Shown here piece after piece: positions 27,956 through 36,134 of a stretch of 64,000 nucleotides of DNA. The stretch is from positions 13,667-77,666 of the forward strand of contig JAPOVC010000017.1 in the NCBI GenBank assembly GCA_026708325.1. Direction: 5' to 3'. The stretch comes from Anaerolineaceae bacterium (GTDB taxonomy: Bacteria; Chloroflexota; Anaerolineae; Aggregatilineales; Phototrophicaceae). Below the pieces are notes generated by a model. It saw only the letters and a program-made list of their open reading frames with translations, ran no database searches and was not told where the DNA came from. The position numbers and the translations under genes are program-made. Position 1 is the stretch's first letter. Each line of letters opens with the position of its first letter.

Positions 27956-28588
27956 TTGGCGCGCTACACCTTCAACACCCTGCGCATTGCCGGCCTGTCC
28001 ACGCTGGGGTTGCTCCTGTCCTGCTCGCTGGCAGGTTACGCCCTGGCGCGCTGGCGCTTCCCCTTGCGCAGGTTATGGTTCTACGGCCTCCTGGCCACCA
28101 TGATGGTGCCGGGCCACGTGACCCTGATCCCGACCTACGTCCTGTTTCGCAAACTCGGGTGGCTTAATACGCCCAACCCGCTCATCATTCCCTTCTTCTT
28201 CGGCAGCCCCTTTGCCACCTTTTTCTTTCGCCAGTTCTTCCTGAGCTTCCCGCGCGAACTTGAGGACGCGGCCACCCTTGACGGGGCGGGGGCCCTGCGC
28301 ACCTTCAGGAGTATTGTCGTTCCCGTGTCCAAACCTGCCTTCGTGGCCCTGGGCGTTCTCCACTTCACGGGGATGTGGAACGGCTTTTTCCTGCCCATCA
28401 TCTATCTTCAGCGCAAGGAGCAATGGGTGCTGACCCAGGTCATTCGGAGTCTGCTGGGTCGTTATGACAGCCCCTGGGGCGAAATCATGGCCGGCGTCGT
28501 GCTGATGACGGTGCCAATTGTTATTCTTTACATTCTGGTACAGCGTTACTTCGTGCAGGGAATCACCTTCGGCGGAATTCACGGATAG
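27956..28588 (+). pseudogene. 5'-truncated MalG-type ABC sugar permease (lacks ~75 N-terminal residues including TM1)
   Basis: 210 aa starting at a TTG with no RBS. The frame opens only 3 codons upstream, after a TAA. It aligns to the intact permease 13941..14804 from the NS(V/L) motif onward (RYTFNTLRIAG...). The EAA loop ELEDAATLDGAGALRTFRSIVVPVSKP is retained. No partner SBP, MalF-type permease or ATPase is adjacent. Confidence 0.6.
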
Positions 28589-28626
28589 CATTGTCGACGA
28601 GAATCAACCATGAAAGGATGATCGCG

Positions 28627-29391
28627 ATGTCCACAGCAGCAGTTGACGTTGACCGCTTTCATCGTGACGGCTTTTTGTTTCCCTTCACCATCTTCGAGAG
28701 CGATGCGGAACTGGCCTGGCTGCGCTCCATCTACTGGCGCCTGCGCGCCCTGCTGCCACCCGACACCTCCACCCAGGAGATGAAGCAGTGGCATGACCTC
28801 GACCTCGAGCTTTGGCAACTGGGCAGCAACCCGCGCATCCTCGACCTGCTCGAGCCCATCCTGGGCCCCGACTTCTACCTCTGGGGATCGCAGTTCTTCA
28901 GCAAGGACCCCGGAGACCGGAGCGTCGCCGGCTGGCACCAGGACGCCGCCTTCTGGCCGCTGACCCCGCATCGCACGGTCACGGTCTGGCTGGCCTTCGA
29001 GGACAGCGACGTCGGGAACGGCGCCATGCAGGTCATCCCCGGCACGCACCGCGCCGGCATCCTGCAGCATGCGGGGGAGCACGACGAGCACGACGTGCTC
29101 AACATGCGTCTCGAGCGCGGCAACTTCAGCCGCAGTGACGCCGTCCACCTCTGCCTGCGCGCCGGCCAGGTCAGCCTCCACGACGACAACCTCGTCCACG
29201 GATCCGCGCCCAACAACTCCGACCGCCTGCGCTGCGGCCTGACCCTGCGCTACTCCGCCGGTGAGGTGCGCGTCGACGCGGAGCTTTGGCCGACCTTCCG
29301 CGCCTGCTTCGTGCGCGGCCAGGACCGTCACGGCCACAACCCCCTCGGCCAGCCCCCGACCGACATCCTGCGCGAGTTCGTGTTGACCTGA
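28627..29391 (+). CDS. Phytanoyl-CoA dioxygenase (PhyH) family oxygenase, copy B
   Basis: Collinear with copy A (25395..26165): WHQDAAFW, GAMQVIPGTH, NLVHGSAPN, RLRCGLTLRY. The start is ambiguous (28618 or 28627). 28627 is preferred because GAAAGGA lies 8 nt upstream. Confidence 0.8.
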   Translation: MSTAAVDVDRFHRDGFLFPFTIFESDAELAWLRSIYWRLRALLPPDTSTQEMKQWHDLDLELWQLGSNPRILDLLEPILGPDFYLWGSQFFSKDPGDRSVAGWHQDAAFWPLTPHRTVTVWLAFEDSDVGNGAMQVIPGTHRAGILQHAGEHDEHDVLNMRLERGNFSRSDAVHLCLRAGQVSLHDDNLVHGSAPNNSDRLRCGLTLRYSAGEVRVDAELWPTFRACFVRGQDRHGHNPLGQPPTDILREFVLT

Positions 29392-29488
29392 TTCCCTCAC
29401 TCCGGGTCCGCGACACCAATCAGGGCAAGGTTTCCAAATCCTCGCGCCTGCATCCCTTGAGGGCCGAATCACGCTTCAGCGCCATTTT

Positions 29489-29555
29489 CCCCCTCTCCCT
29501 GAGGGAAGGGCTCCCGCGGCTGAGCGGGAAAAGGGGGCAAGGGGGTGTGAGCGGC
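29489..29555. repeat. Half-element of the hairpin repeat family (modules B and C plus a degenerate terminus)
   Basis: CCCCCTCTCCCTGAGGGAAGGGCTCCCGCGGCTGAGCGGGAAAAGGGGGCAAGGGGGTGTGAGCGGC. Confidence 0.7.
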
Positions 29556-29579
29556 CAGTTCCTCACGCGTGAAGCGGGA

Positions 29580-29755
29580 GCCCTCACCCCCCGGCCCCCT
29601 CTCCCTCAGAGAGAGGGGGAGAAAACTTGCAGGCAAGGGATTCGTCCCGGAAACCGGAAAACAGAACTTGCCGCTCCTTGCCGGGCGCTGTCCAGCGTCA
29701 CGCCGTCAGCGTGCGGCGCCCCTCTCCCTGAGGGAGAGGGGTTTGGGGTGAGGGC
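29580..29755. repeat. MITE-like element (176 bp) bounded by GCCCTCACCC ... GGGGTGAGGGC with subterminal CCCTCTCCCT/AGGGAGAGGG hairpins
   Basis: Terminal inverted repeats and subterminal palindromes were read directly. The interior is less G+C-rich. The small ORF 29569..29751 (..PLSLRERG..) is an artefact of the repeat. Confidence 0.75.
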
Positions 29756-29774
29756 GCCCTTTACCTCACGCCCT

Positions 29775-30935
29775 TCAACCCGTGAGCGATGACACGTCGA
29801 TGACGTACATCTGGCGCGTCCCCTCGTGAATCGAGTCGATGCACACCAGGCTGCCGTCGCGCTTCCAGCGCGGATGCAGGTCGCAGCGGATTTCCCCGCC
29901 GATCGCCGGATCGGAATGGAAGCGCCCGACGTCGAAGCGCGTGTCGCTCTCCAGGTGATAGAGCATCAGCAGGCGCTCATGACGGGACGGGTCCGGGTAG
30001 CTGTCCGTCAGCAACCAGCGCCGGTCCGGGCTGACGGAGTTGTGCCCGTCCCGGGTCAACGTATCGGCGCCGACCACCGCGGTTTCAGCGCCCTGGTCGC
30101 TGTAAAGATGGAAATGACGCGCGCCCCCGTGCCCGGTCCAGGCCAGGATGTGTCCGTCGTCGCGCCAGTCGTAGTGGGAGACCACGCCCGAGCCCTCCAG
30201 CATGGTGAGATTGCCGCCGTCAGGGTCAACGGCGAACAAACGCGTATGGAAGCCACCCGGCGAGGGCCAGCGATGCAGGAAGGAAACGCGACTGCCCCCC
30301 GGGTTCCACTCGAGATGGTTCACCCAGTGTTCGACCCCCCGCATGGAGTCGACCGGCTCGATTGCGGCCAGCTGCGCCAGGCTGACAATCAGCCGGGAGT
30401 CGCGGGTATGGAGGTCCAGGTGCCAGACGCCGTCATCCTCCGGCGTGCATTTTCCCTCGCTGCGATCGGGCAGGCCGACGTAGCCGTAGCCGGGACGGGT
30501 GCGCGCCAGGCGCGCGAAGTTAAGCGTCACGGCTGCCGCACCGTCCGCCCCAAGCGAATAGACCGGCCAGGGCCACAGTTCACGCCCGCCAGTTGCCGGC
30601 TCAAGGACGCAGGTCACGAAGGAATCCTCACGGCGGGAGTTGAAGAGGATGCGGCGCCGCGAATCAGAGGGCAGCCACTGCAGCATGTTGCCCTGTTGCC
30701 AGCACCAGACCCGGCTCTCGGCCAGCGCCTGCCAGCGAAAGTCGTCCTCGCTGTCGAGCGTGCCAATGATGGCGCTGTCATCAGGCGCGGGCGGGCGATC
30801 CATGAAGGGGATCCGCAGCGCAAGGATGTGGCGGCCGGTCGAGTCCCAGGGCGACTTGTCGTAATAGCCGAAAAAGTGGTGGAAGGGTCCATTCGTGATG
30901 CGCGTGACGGGGCAGGGGTGATCCACGATCGTCAT
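29775..30935 (-). CDS. Beta-propeller protein (TolB/PD40- or oligogalacturonate-lyase-like), function unknown
   Basis: 386 aa with repeated W/DG-containing beta-strand motifs. The C-terminal CDLHPRWKRDGSLVCIDSIHEGTRQMYVIDV resembles the last blade of TolB/PL22-like propellers. No signal peptide. Confidence 0.55.
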   Translation of the reverse strand: MTIVDHPCPVTRITNGPFHHFFGYYDKSPWDSTGRHILALRIPFMDRPPAPDDSAIIGTLDSEDDFRWQALAESRVWCWQQGNMLQWLPSDSRRRILFNSRREDSFVTCVLEPATGGRELWPWPVYSLGADGAAAVTLNFARLARTRPGYGYVGLPDRSEGKCTPEDDGVWHLDLHTRDSRLIVSLAQLAAIEPVDSMRGVEHWVNHLEWNPGGSRVSFLHRWPSPGGFHTRLFAVDPDGGNLTMLEGSGVVSHYDWRDDGHILAWTGHGGARHFHLYSDQGAETAVVGADTLTRDGHNSVSPDRRWLLTDSYPDPSRHERLLMLYHLESDTRFDVGRFHSDPAIGGEIRCDLHPRWKRDGSLVCIDSIHEGTRQMYVIDVSSLTG

Positions 30936-31087
30936 GGGCCAGAGCAGCGGCTCCGTTCAATCAGCTGATGGACAAGACCATACCCCCCGGAAGGGCCTGG
31001 AGGAAAGCCATCTCCCTTAAGGTCGTGAAACGTGGACGCCGATATACTTGTCGTCAGGGCTGACGCAAGGGTCCTGCCAGGCAGCGG

Positions 31088-32278
31088 TTGACTCAGGAAG
31101 GTATCCCTCCCGTGAAAATCACAGACATCGTGCTGTTCGAGTTGAGCGCGCCCTGGGAAGAAGGCGCGGAGCGCCGGCGGGTGGCGCTGCCGCTGGACCT
31201 TTACCCCGACCAGGTCCATCCCTACCCGCCCAACCAGCGCGTCAGGGAAATGAAACAGATCTTCGTCGAACTGCGGACAGACGAAGGCGTGACCGGCCAC
31301 TTCGGAGCGATCGAGGCGCGACAGGCATTCCTGATCGACACCCAGTTGCGACCGCTGCTGCTGGGTCAGGACGCGCTGGCGACCGAACTGCTTTTCGACC
31401 TCATGTTGCGCCTCGACCGGCACGGGCGTTCCGGCGTCTTCATGACCGCCATCAGCGCCATCGACTGCGCCTTGTGGGACCTGAAGGGAAAGGCCTGGGG
31501 CCAGCCCGTTTATCGTCTGCTGGGCGGGCCGACCCGCGAGCGCGTCCCGGCCTACGCCAGCATGCTGGGTCACTCGATCGAACCGGATGAAGCGGCGCAG
31601 GGCGCCCTGGACTTCCAGGCGCAGGGTTTTCCCGCCCAAAAGTGGTTCTTCCCCTACGGACCCGGCGCCGGTCAGGGTGGGCTGGAGAAAAACATCGCCC
31701 TGGCGCAGGCCCTGCGGGAAGCCGTCGGCCCGCACTACCCGCTGATGTTCGACGCCTTCAACAGCTGGACCGTCCCCTATGCGCGGCAAATGCTGCGCGC
31801 GCTTGAGCCGCTCAACCCCACCTGGATGGAAGAGCCGATTCCGTCGGAGCGCGTCAGCGAGTTCCGCAAGCTGCGTCAGGCGTCACGCGTGCCGATCGCC
31901 ACCGGCGAGCACGTTTACACGCGCTGGCAATCGAAGGAACTGTTGGTCAACGAGGCCGTCGACGTTTTGCAAAACGACCCGGACTGGACCGGCGGCATCT
32001 CCGAACTGTTGAAGATTTGCGCGCTGGCCTCGTCTTTCGAAGTGCCTTTCATCGCCCATGGCCACTCGCTGCTGCCCGCGCTGCACGTCGCCGCCTCGCA
32101 GTCGCCCGCAACCGTGCCCTGGGTGGAGTATCTGGTCTATCACCAGCCGCCCAAACAACACTTTCACAGTCCGAAGTACCTGCCGCAGAACGGTCATCTG
32201 GCCTTGCCGACCTTGCCCGGGCTCGGCATTGTGCTGGACGAGAGCAAGTTTGAAAGCCGTGCGGACCTGAGCTTCTGA
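31088..32278 (+). CDS. Enolase-superfamily acid-sugar dehydratase (mandelate racemase/muconate lactonizing enzyme family, rhamnonate/galactonate-dehydratase-like)
   Basis: AISAIDCALWDLKGKAWGQPVYRLLGG, and the metal ligands in FDAFNSW, WMEEP and ATGEH. The start is uncertain (TTG at 31088, or GTG at 31112). Confidence 0.85.
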   Translation: MTQEGIPPVKITDIVLFELSAPWEEGAERRRVALPLDLYPDQVHPYPPNQRVREMKQIFVELRTDEGVTGHFGAIEARQAFLIDTQLRPLLLGQDALATELLFDLMLRLDRHGRSGVFMTAISAIDCALWDLKGKAWGQPVYRLLGGPTRERVPAYASMLGHSIEPDEAAQGALDFQAQGFPAQKWFFPYGPGAGQGGLEKNIALAQALREAVGPHYPLMFDAFNSWTVPYARQMLRALEPLNPTWMEEPIPSERVSEFRKLRQASRVPIATGEHVYTRWQSKELLVNEAVDVLQNDPDWTGGISELLKICALASSFEVPFIAHGHSLLPALHVAASQSPATVPWVEYLVYHQPPKQHFHSPKYLPQNGHLALPTLPGLGIVLDESKFESRADLSF

Positions 32279-32477
32279 TCGGCAACCTGCGCCCTGTGCG
32301 AAGGCATGAGTATTTCACTGACCAGGGCGGGCGTCTTACGCAACAATACGCAAAGCGCACTATTACTAACGATAAGGCACGTTATCAATTGCTTAAGTGT
32401 CGAATGTGATTTGTACGCCTGTTAAGACTGCGTTACGATAATGGCGGAAATGTAAGTTGTTTGTACGGAGACCGGCT

Positions 32478-34240
32478 ATGAAGACCTGGGCCCTGGCTGT
32501 GCTTGCGCTGCTCTTGCTACCCATTGTTAACGTTTCCGCCCAGGAACGTTGTGTAGAGAATCCACAATCCACGCATTCGCCTGCCGAACTGGCAAGAATC
32601 GCACAATTGCGTGGGTTTGGCAATCTCTCCCCGGAAGAGGAGGCAGAACTCCGGAGTCTGGAGACCAAACCAGGCTGGGCCGCCAATGTCGGCGCCGGTA
32701 ACGGCTGGTTCGACGACGGGCCAGACAGCTGTGTCCTGTACATCTCGGCTTCGGGCGAACCTGTCCTGGGCACACGGATTTACAGTCCACGATTGCTTGC
32801 TGACAGGGTGGATGCACCGACCGGCAGCGCGCTGCAGGCCACCGTAGTCGACGGACCGGCGCGCATTCGCAGCGGGCCGGGGCTGGATTTCCCGCGATTG
32901 ATCTGGTGCGACCAGGGCCTGTCCCTGACGGTCTGGTTGCCGGCGGAAGGCGGCTGGCTGCGCGCCAGTTGTTACGGCGCCAACGGCTGGATACACCAGT
33001 CCCTGGTGCAGATCGATGACGCAAGGGCCCGACCCGATACGCAGATCACGGTGCCCGGCGACCTGCCACTGCCTACCGGTGGTGAGCAGGCCACTGTCAT
33101 CGCCGGCCCCGCCCGCATCCGCGGCGGCCCCGGGCAACAGCATCCCCGCCTGGCCTGGTGCGCCAACGGCTCGCCACTGACGGTTTTCCCGCCCGTCGTG
33201 GGCGACTGGTTGCCCGCCAGTTGCTTCGGCGCCAATGGCTGGATTCACGCGGCTCTGGTGGAATACGACGACACGCCGGCCCAACCCGCCCTGGCGCCGG
33301 TTGCGCCTGGCGACGCCTCCCGGCCCGCCAGCGGGCAGCGCGCCACTGTCATCGCCGGCCCCGCCCGCATCCGCGGCGGCCCCGGGCAACAGCATCCCCG
33401 CCTGGCCTGGTGCGCCAACGGCTCGCCACTGACGGTTTTCCCGCCCGTCGTGGGCGACTGGTTGCCCGCCAGTTGCTTCGGCGCCAATGGCTGGATTCAC
33501 GCGGCTCTGGTGGAATACGACGACACGCCGGCCCAACCCGCCCTGGCGCCGGTTGCGCCTGGCGACGCCTCCCGGCCCGCCAGCGGGCAGCGCGCCACTG
33601 TCATCGCCGGCCCCGCCCGCATCCGCGGCGGCCCCGGGCAGCAGCATCCCCGCCCGCCCTGGACAATTGGCTGCCCGCCAGTTGCTATGGCGCCAATGGC
33701 TGGATATACGCAGCTCTGGTGCAAGTCGATGCGCCGACCCAACCCGCCCCGGCGTCAGTTCCGGTTGGCGACGCCGCCCTGCCCGCCAGCGGAGAGCAGG
33801 CGACAGTGGTCAGCGGCCCCGCCCGCATCCGCAGCGGCCCCGGGCAGCAACACCCCCTCCTGGCCTGGTGCGCGATTGGCGCGTCGCTGACGGTCTTCCC
33901 GCCCGCCCTGGACAATTGGCTGCCCGCCAGTTGCTATGGCGCCAACGGCTGGATTCACTCTTCCCTGGTGCAATTCGATGCACCGACCCAACCCGCCCCT
34001 GCGCCCGTTCCGGTTGGCGACGCCGCCCTGCCCGCCAGCGGGGAGCAGGCCATCGTGATCAGTGGACCGGCGCACATTCGCAGCGGACCTGGGGCGGGAC
34101 ATCCGCACCTGCGCTGGTGCGGGATTGGCTGGTCCCTCACTGTGTGGCCGCCGGCGCAGAACGGCTGGCTGCCCGCCAGTTGTTACGGCGCCAATGGCTG
34201 GATTCACGAGTCTCTGGTGCAAATCGGCGCTGCCAACTGA
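32478..34240 (+). pseudogene. Secreted protein with a Cys-containing N-terminal domain and six SH3b-like repeats, frame-disrupted by a 43-nt deletion at ~33654
   Basis: Signal peptide MKTWALAVLALLLLPIVNVSAQ. The repeats read ATV..GPARIR.GPG...P.L.WC..G..LTV.P....WLPASC.GANGWIH..LV. Reading continues in frame +2 (ORF 33158..34240) after the junction CATCCCCGCC|CGCCCTGGACAATTGG, where 43 nt of the repeat unit are missing. Confidence 0.7.
33090..33654 (+). repeat. Perfect 252-bp tandem repeat (2.2 copies) inside the SH3b-repeat gene
   Basis: Unit starts at 33090, 33342 and 33594 (GCCACTGTCATCGCCGG...). Copies 1 and 2 appear identical base for base. Period 252 nt = 84 codons = one SH3b repeat plus its Pro-rich linker. 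Confidence 0.9.
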
Positions 34241-34490
34241 CCAGGAACAGGGGCGCGGCAGCCCGCCAGCCTCGCTGGCGCATACGGTCCACAAATTCGT
34301 GAGGAGTCGCAGGGGCCTCCAGAAGTTCCGGCGTTGACACGCTGTTGAAGATTCCCGACATCGGCGTCCAAATGAGGGTGGTGGAGACTGCCTCCGGGAA
34401 ACCGGCCCAGGTAACCTGAAGGGCAGTCCAGTTCCAACGCCCCGCGCCGCCTGAAGCGCCCGCCTGGGAAAACGCCAGGTACCCGTCGAT

Positions 34491-34500
34491 CCCCCCCCCC
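34491..34500. repeat. Homopolymeric C10 (G10 on the minus strand) tract
   Basis: Read directly. It lies in the 460-bp spacer between the two SH3b-repeat genes. Confidence 0.95.
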
Positions 34501-34700
34501 GCGGCCTGGCGGGCCGCCACATACCTGGTTGCCGATGCCTCTGCCCGGCGGCAGCGTCAAATCAGCGCCAGGGACCTCAAATCTCCCGCCAAAGGTCTGT
34601 CCGCCTGTCCCAAACATCACACAAGTGCCGTATTTGTGCCACAAGCATTAAGGCGATAGGTTATTGCTGTATCTATAATTGATTTTACGGAGGCCTGGCG

Positions 34701-36023
34701 TTGAAATCTTACCTGTTGGCGCTCACCGCTTTGCTGCTGCTTCCCCTTTTGCCGGTTGCGGCCCAGGAGCGATGCGTTCAGAACAGGCCTCATATTCCAA
34801 ACAGCTCTCAATTCGCGAGTGAACTCGCGTTTCTTCGTGAAGAACTCATCTTTGCGACCGACCCGAACCATATTAGTTTCCTGAACCAGGAGATCCGCTC
34901 GCTGGAGCGGCGGCTGAACATGGATGCCGTGGTCGGACTGGGAAATGGCTGGATCGCCGATATGCCCAACTCCTGCATCCTCTACATTTCCGCCTCCAAC
35001 GAGCCGGTCATGGGCACGCGCATCTATCGCCTGGAGGCGGGCAAGTCCGATGATTCTACCGCCGTCCCTGGCGGGCAACCGGCTGTCGTGACGGACGGGC
35101 CGGCGCGCATTCGCAGCGGGCCGGGCCTGCAGCATTCGCGTCTGGCCTGGTGCGCCAACGGCGCGGCATTAACGGTCTTCCCGCCCGCCGTGGACAATTG
35201 GCTGCCCGCCAGTTGCTACGGTTCCAACGGCTGGGTTTACGCGCCTCTGGTGCAATACGATGACGCGCCGATCCAACCCGGTCCTGCGCCTGTCAGCGTC
35301 AGCGAGGTGTCTGCCCCTGTCAGCGGCCAGCGGACCACAGTGATCGACGGCCCTGCCCGCATCCGCAGTGGCCCCGGTCTGCAGCATCCTGGCCTGGCGT
35401 GGTGCGCCAATGGCGCGGCATTGACGGTCTTTCCACCCGCCGTGGACAATTGGCTGCCCGCCAGTTGCTACGGTTCCAACGGCTGGGTTTACGCGCCTCT
35501 GGTGCAATACGATGACGCGCCGATCCAACCCGGTCCTGCGCCCGTCAGCGTCAGCGAGGTGACCGCGCCCGTCAGCGGGCAGCGGGCCACGGTGATCGAC
35601 GGCCCGGCGCGCATTCGCAGCGGGCCCGGGTTACAACATTCCGGCCTCGCCTGGTGTGCAACCGGTGCGACACTGACGGTTTTCCCGCCGGCCCTGGACA
35701 ATTGGCTGCCCGTCAGCTGCTACGGCGCCAACGGCTGGATCCACGCATCCCTGGTGCAGGTCGATGACGCGCCGACCCAACCCGGACCTGCGCCCGTCAG
35801 CACCAGCGAGGTGAGCGCGCCCGTCAGCGGAGAGCAGGCCGTGGTGATCAGCGGCCCGGCACACATTCGCAGCGGGCCAGGGCAGGAACATCCGCATCTG
35901 CGCTGGTGCGGGATTGGCTGGAACCTGACAGTCTGGCCGCCGGCGCAGAACGGCTGGCTGCCCGCCAGTTGCTACGGCGCCAACGGCTGGATTCACGAGT
36001 CGCTGGTGGCCATCAGCGAATAA
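34701..36023 (+). CDS. Secreted protein with a conserved Cys-containing N-terminal domain and four SH3b-like repeats (intact paralog)
   Basis: TTG start 7 nt after a GGAGG, with a TATAAT box ~35 nt upstream. Signal peptide MKSYLLALTALLLLPLLPVAAQ. Shares ERCV.N, GNGW and SC(I/V)LYISAS.EPV.GTRIY with 32478..34240. Four 84-aa repeats. Confidence 0.8.
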   Translation: MKSYLLALTALLLLPLLPVAAQERCVQNRPHIPNSSQFASELAFLREELIFATDPNHISFLNQEIRSLERRLNMDAVVGLGNGWIADMPNSCILYISASNEPVMGTRIYRLEAGKSDDSTAVPGGQPAVVTDGPARIRSGPGLQHSRLAWCANGAALTVFPPAVDNWLPASCYGSNGWVYAPLVQYDDAPIQPGPAPVSVSEVSAPVSGQRTTVIDGPARIRSGPGLQHPGLAWCANGAALTVFPPAVDNWLPASCYGSNGWVYAPLVQYDDAPIQPGPAPVSVSEVTAPVSGQRATVIDGPARIRSGPGLQHSGLAWCATGATLTVFPPALDNWLPVSCYGANGWIHASLVQVDDAPTQPGPAPVSTSEVSAPVSGEQAVVISGPAHIRSGPGQEHPHLRWCGIGWNLTVWPPAQNGWLPASCYGANGWIHESLVAISE

Positions 36024-36134
36024 AGAATTCAGGACAGCGGACGGGTTAAGTCAAGCGGACGTGGATTTGTCTGAGCAGGGTTTATCTCTCGAGAACTTCT
36101 TGCCATACGGCAGTGGCCACCCTGGAGGCGGGTG

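Noticed and set aside
29569-29751. Small ORFs encoding ..PLSLRERG.. / ..GEGPGVRA.. peptides (also 41059..41280, 52352..52585, 54590..54913, 59049..59369 and others)
   Set aside because: They are generated by the palindromic repeat elements. The same peptide strings recur wherever the repeat occurs, on either strand, with no RBS or conserved ends.
32517-33647. 376-aa minus-strand ORF and several other repeat-containing ORFs across 32.5-36.0 kb
   Set aside because: They are antisense or alternative frames of the SH3b-repeat genes. Their internal periodicity only reflects the 252-nt coding repeat of the plus strand.
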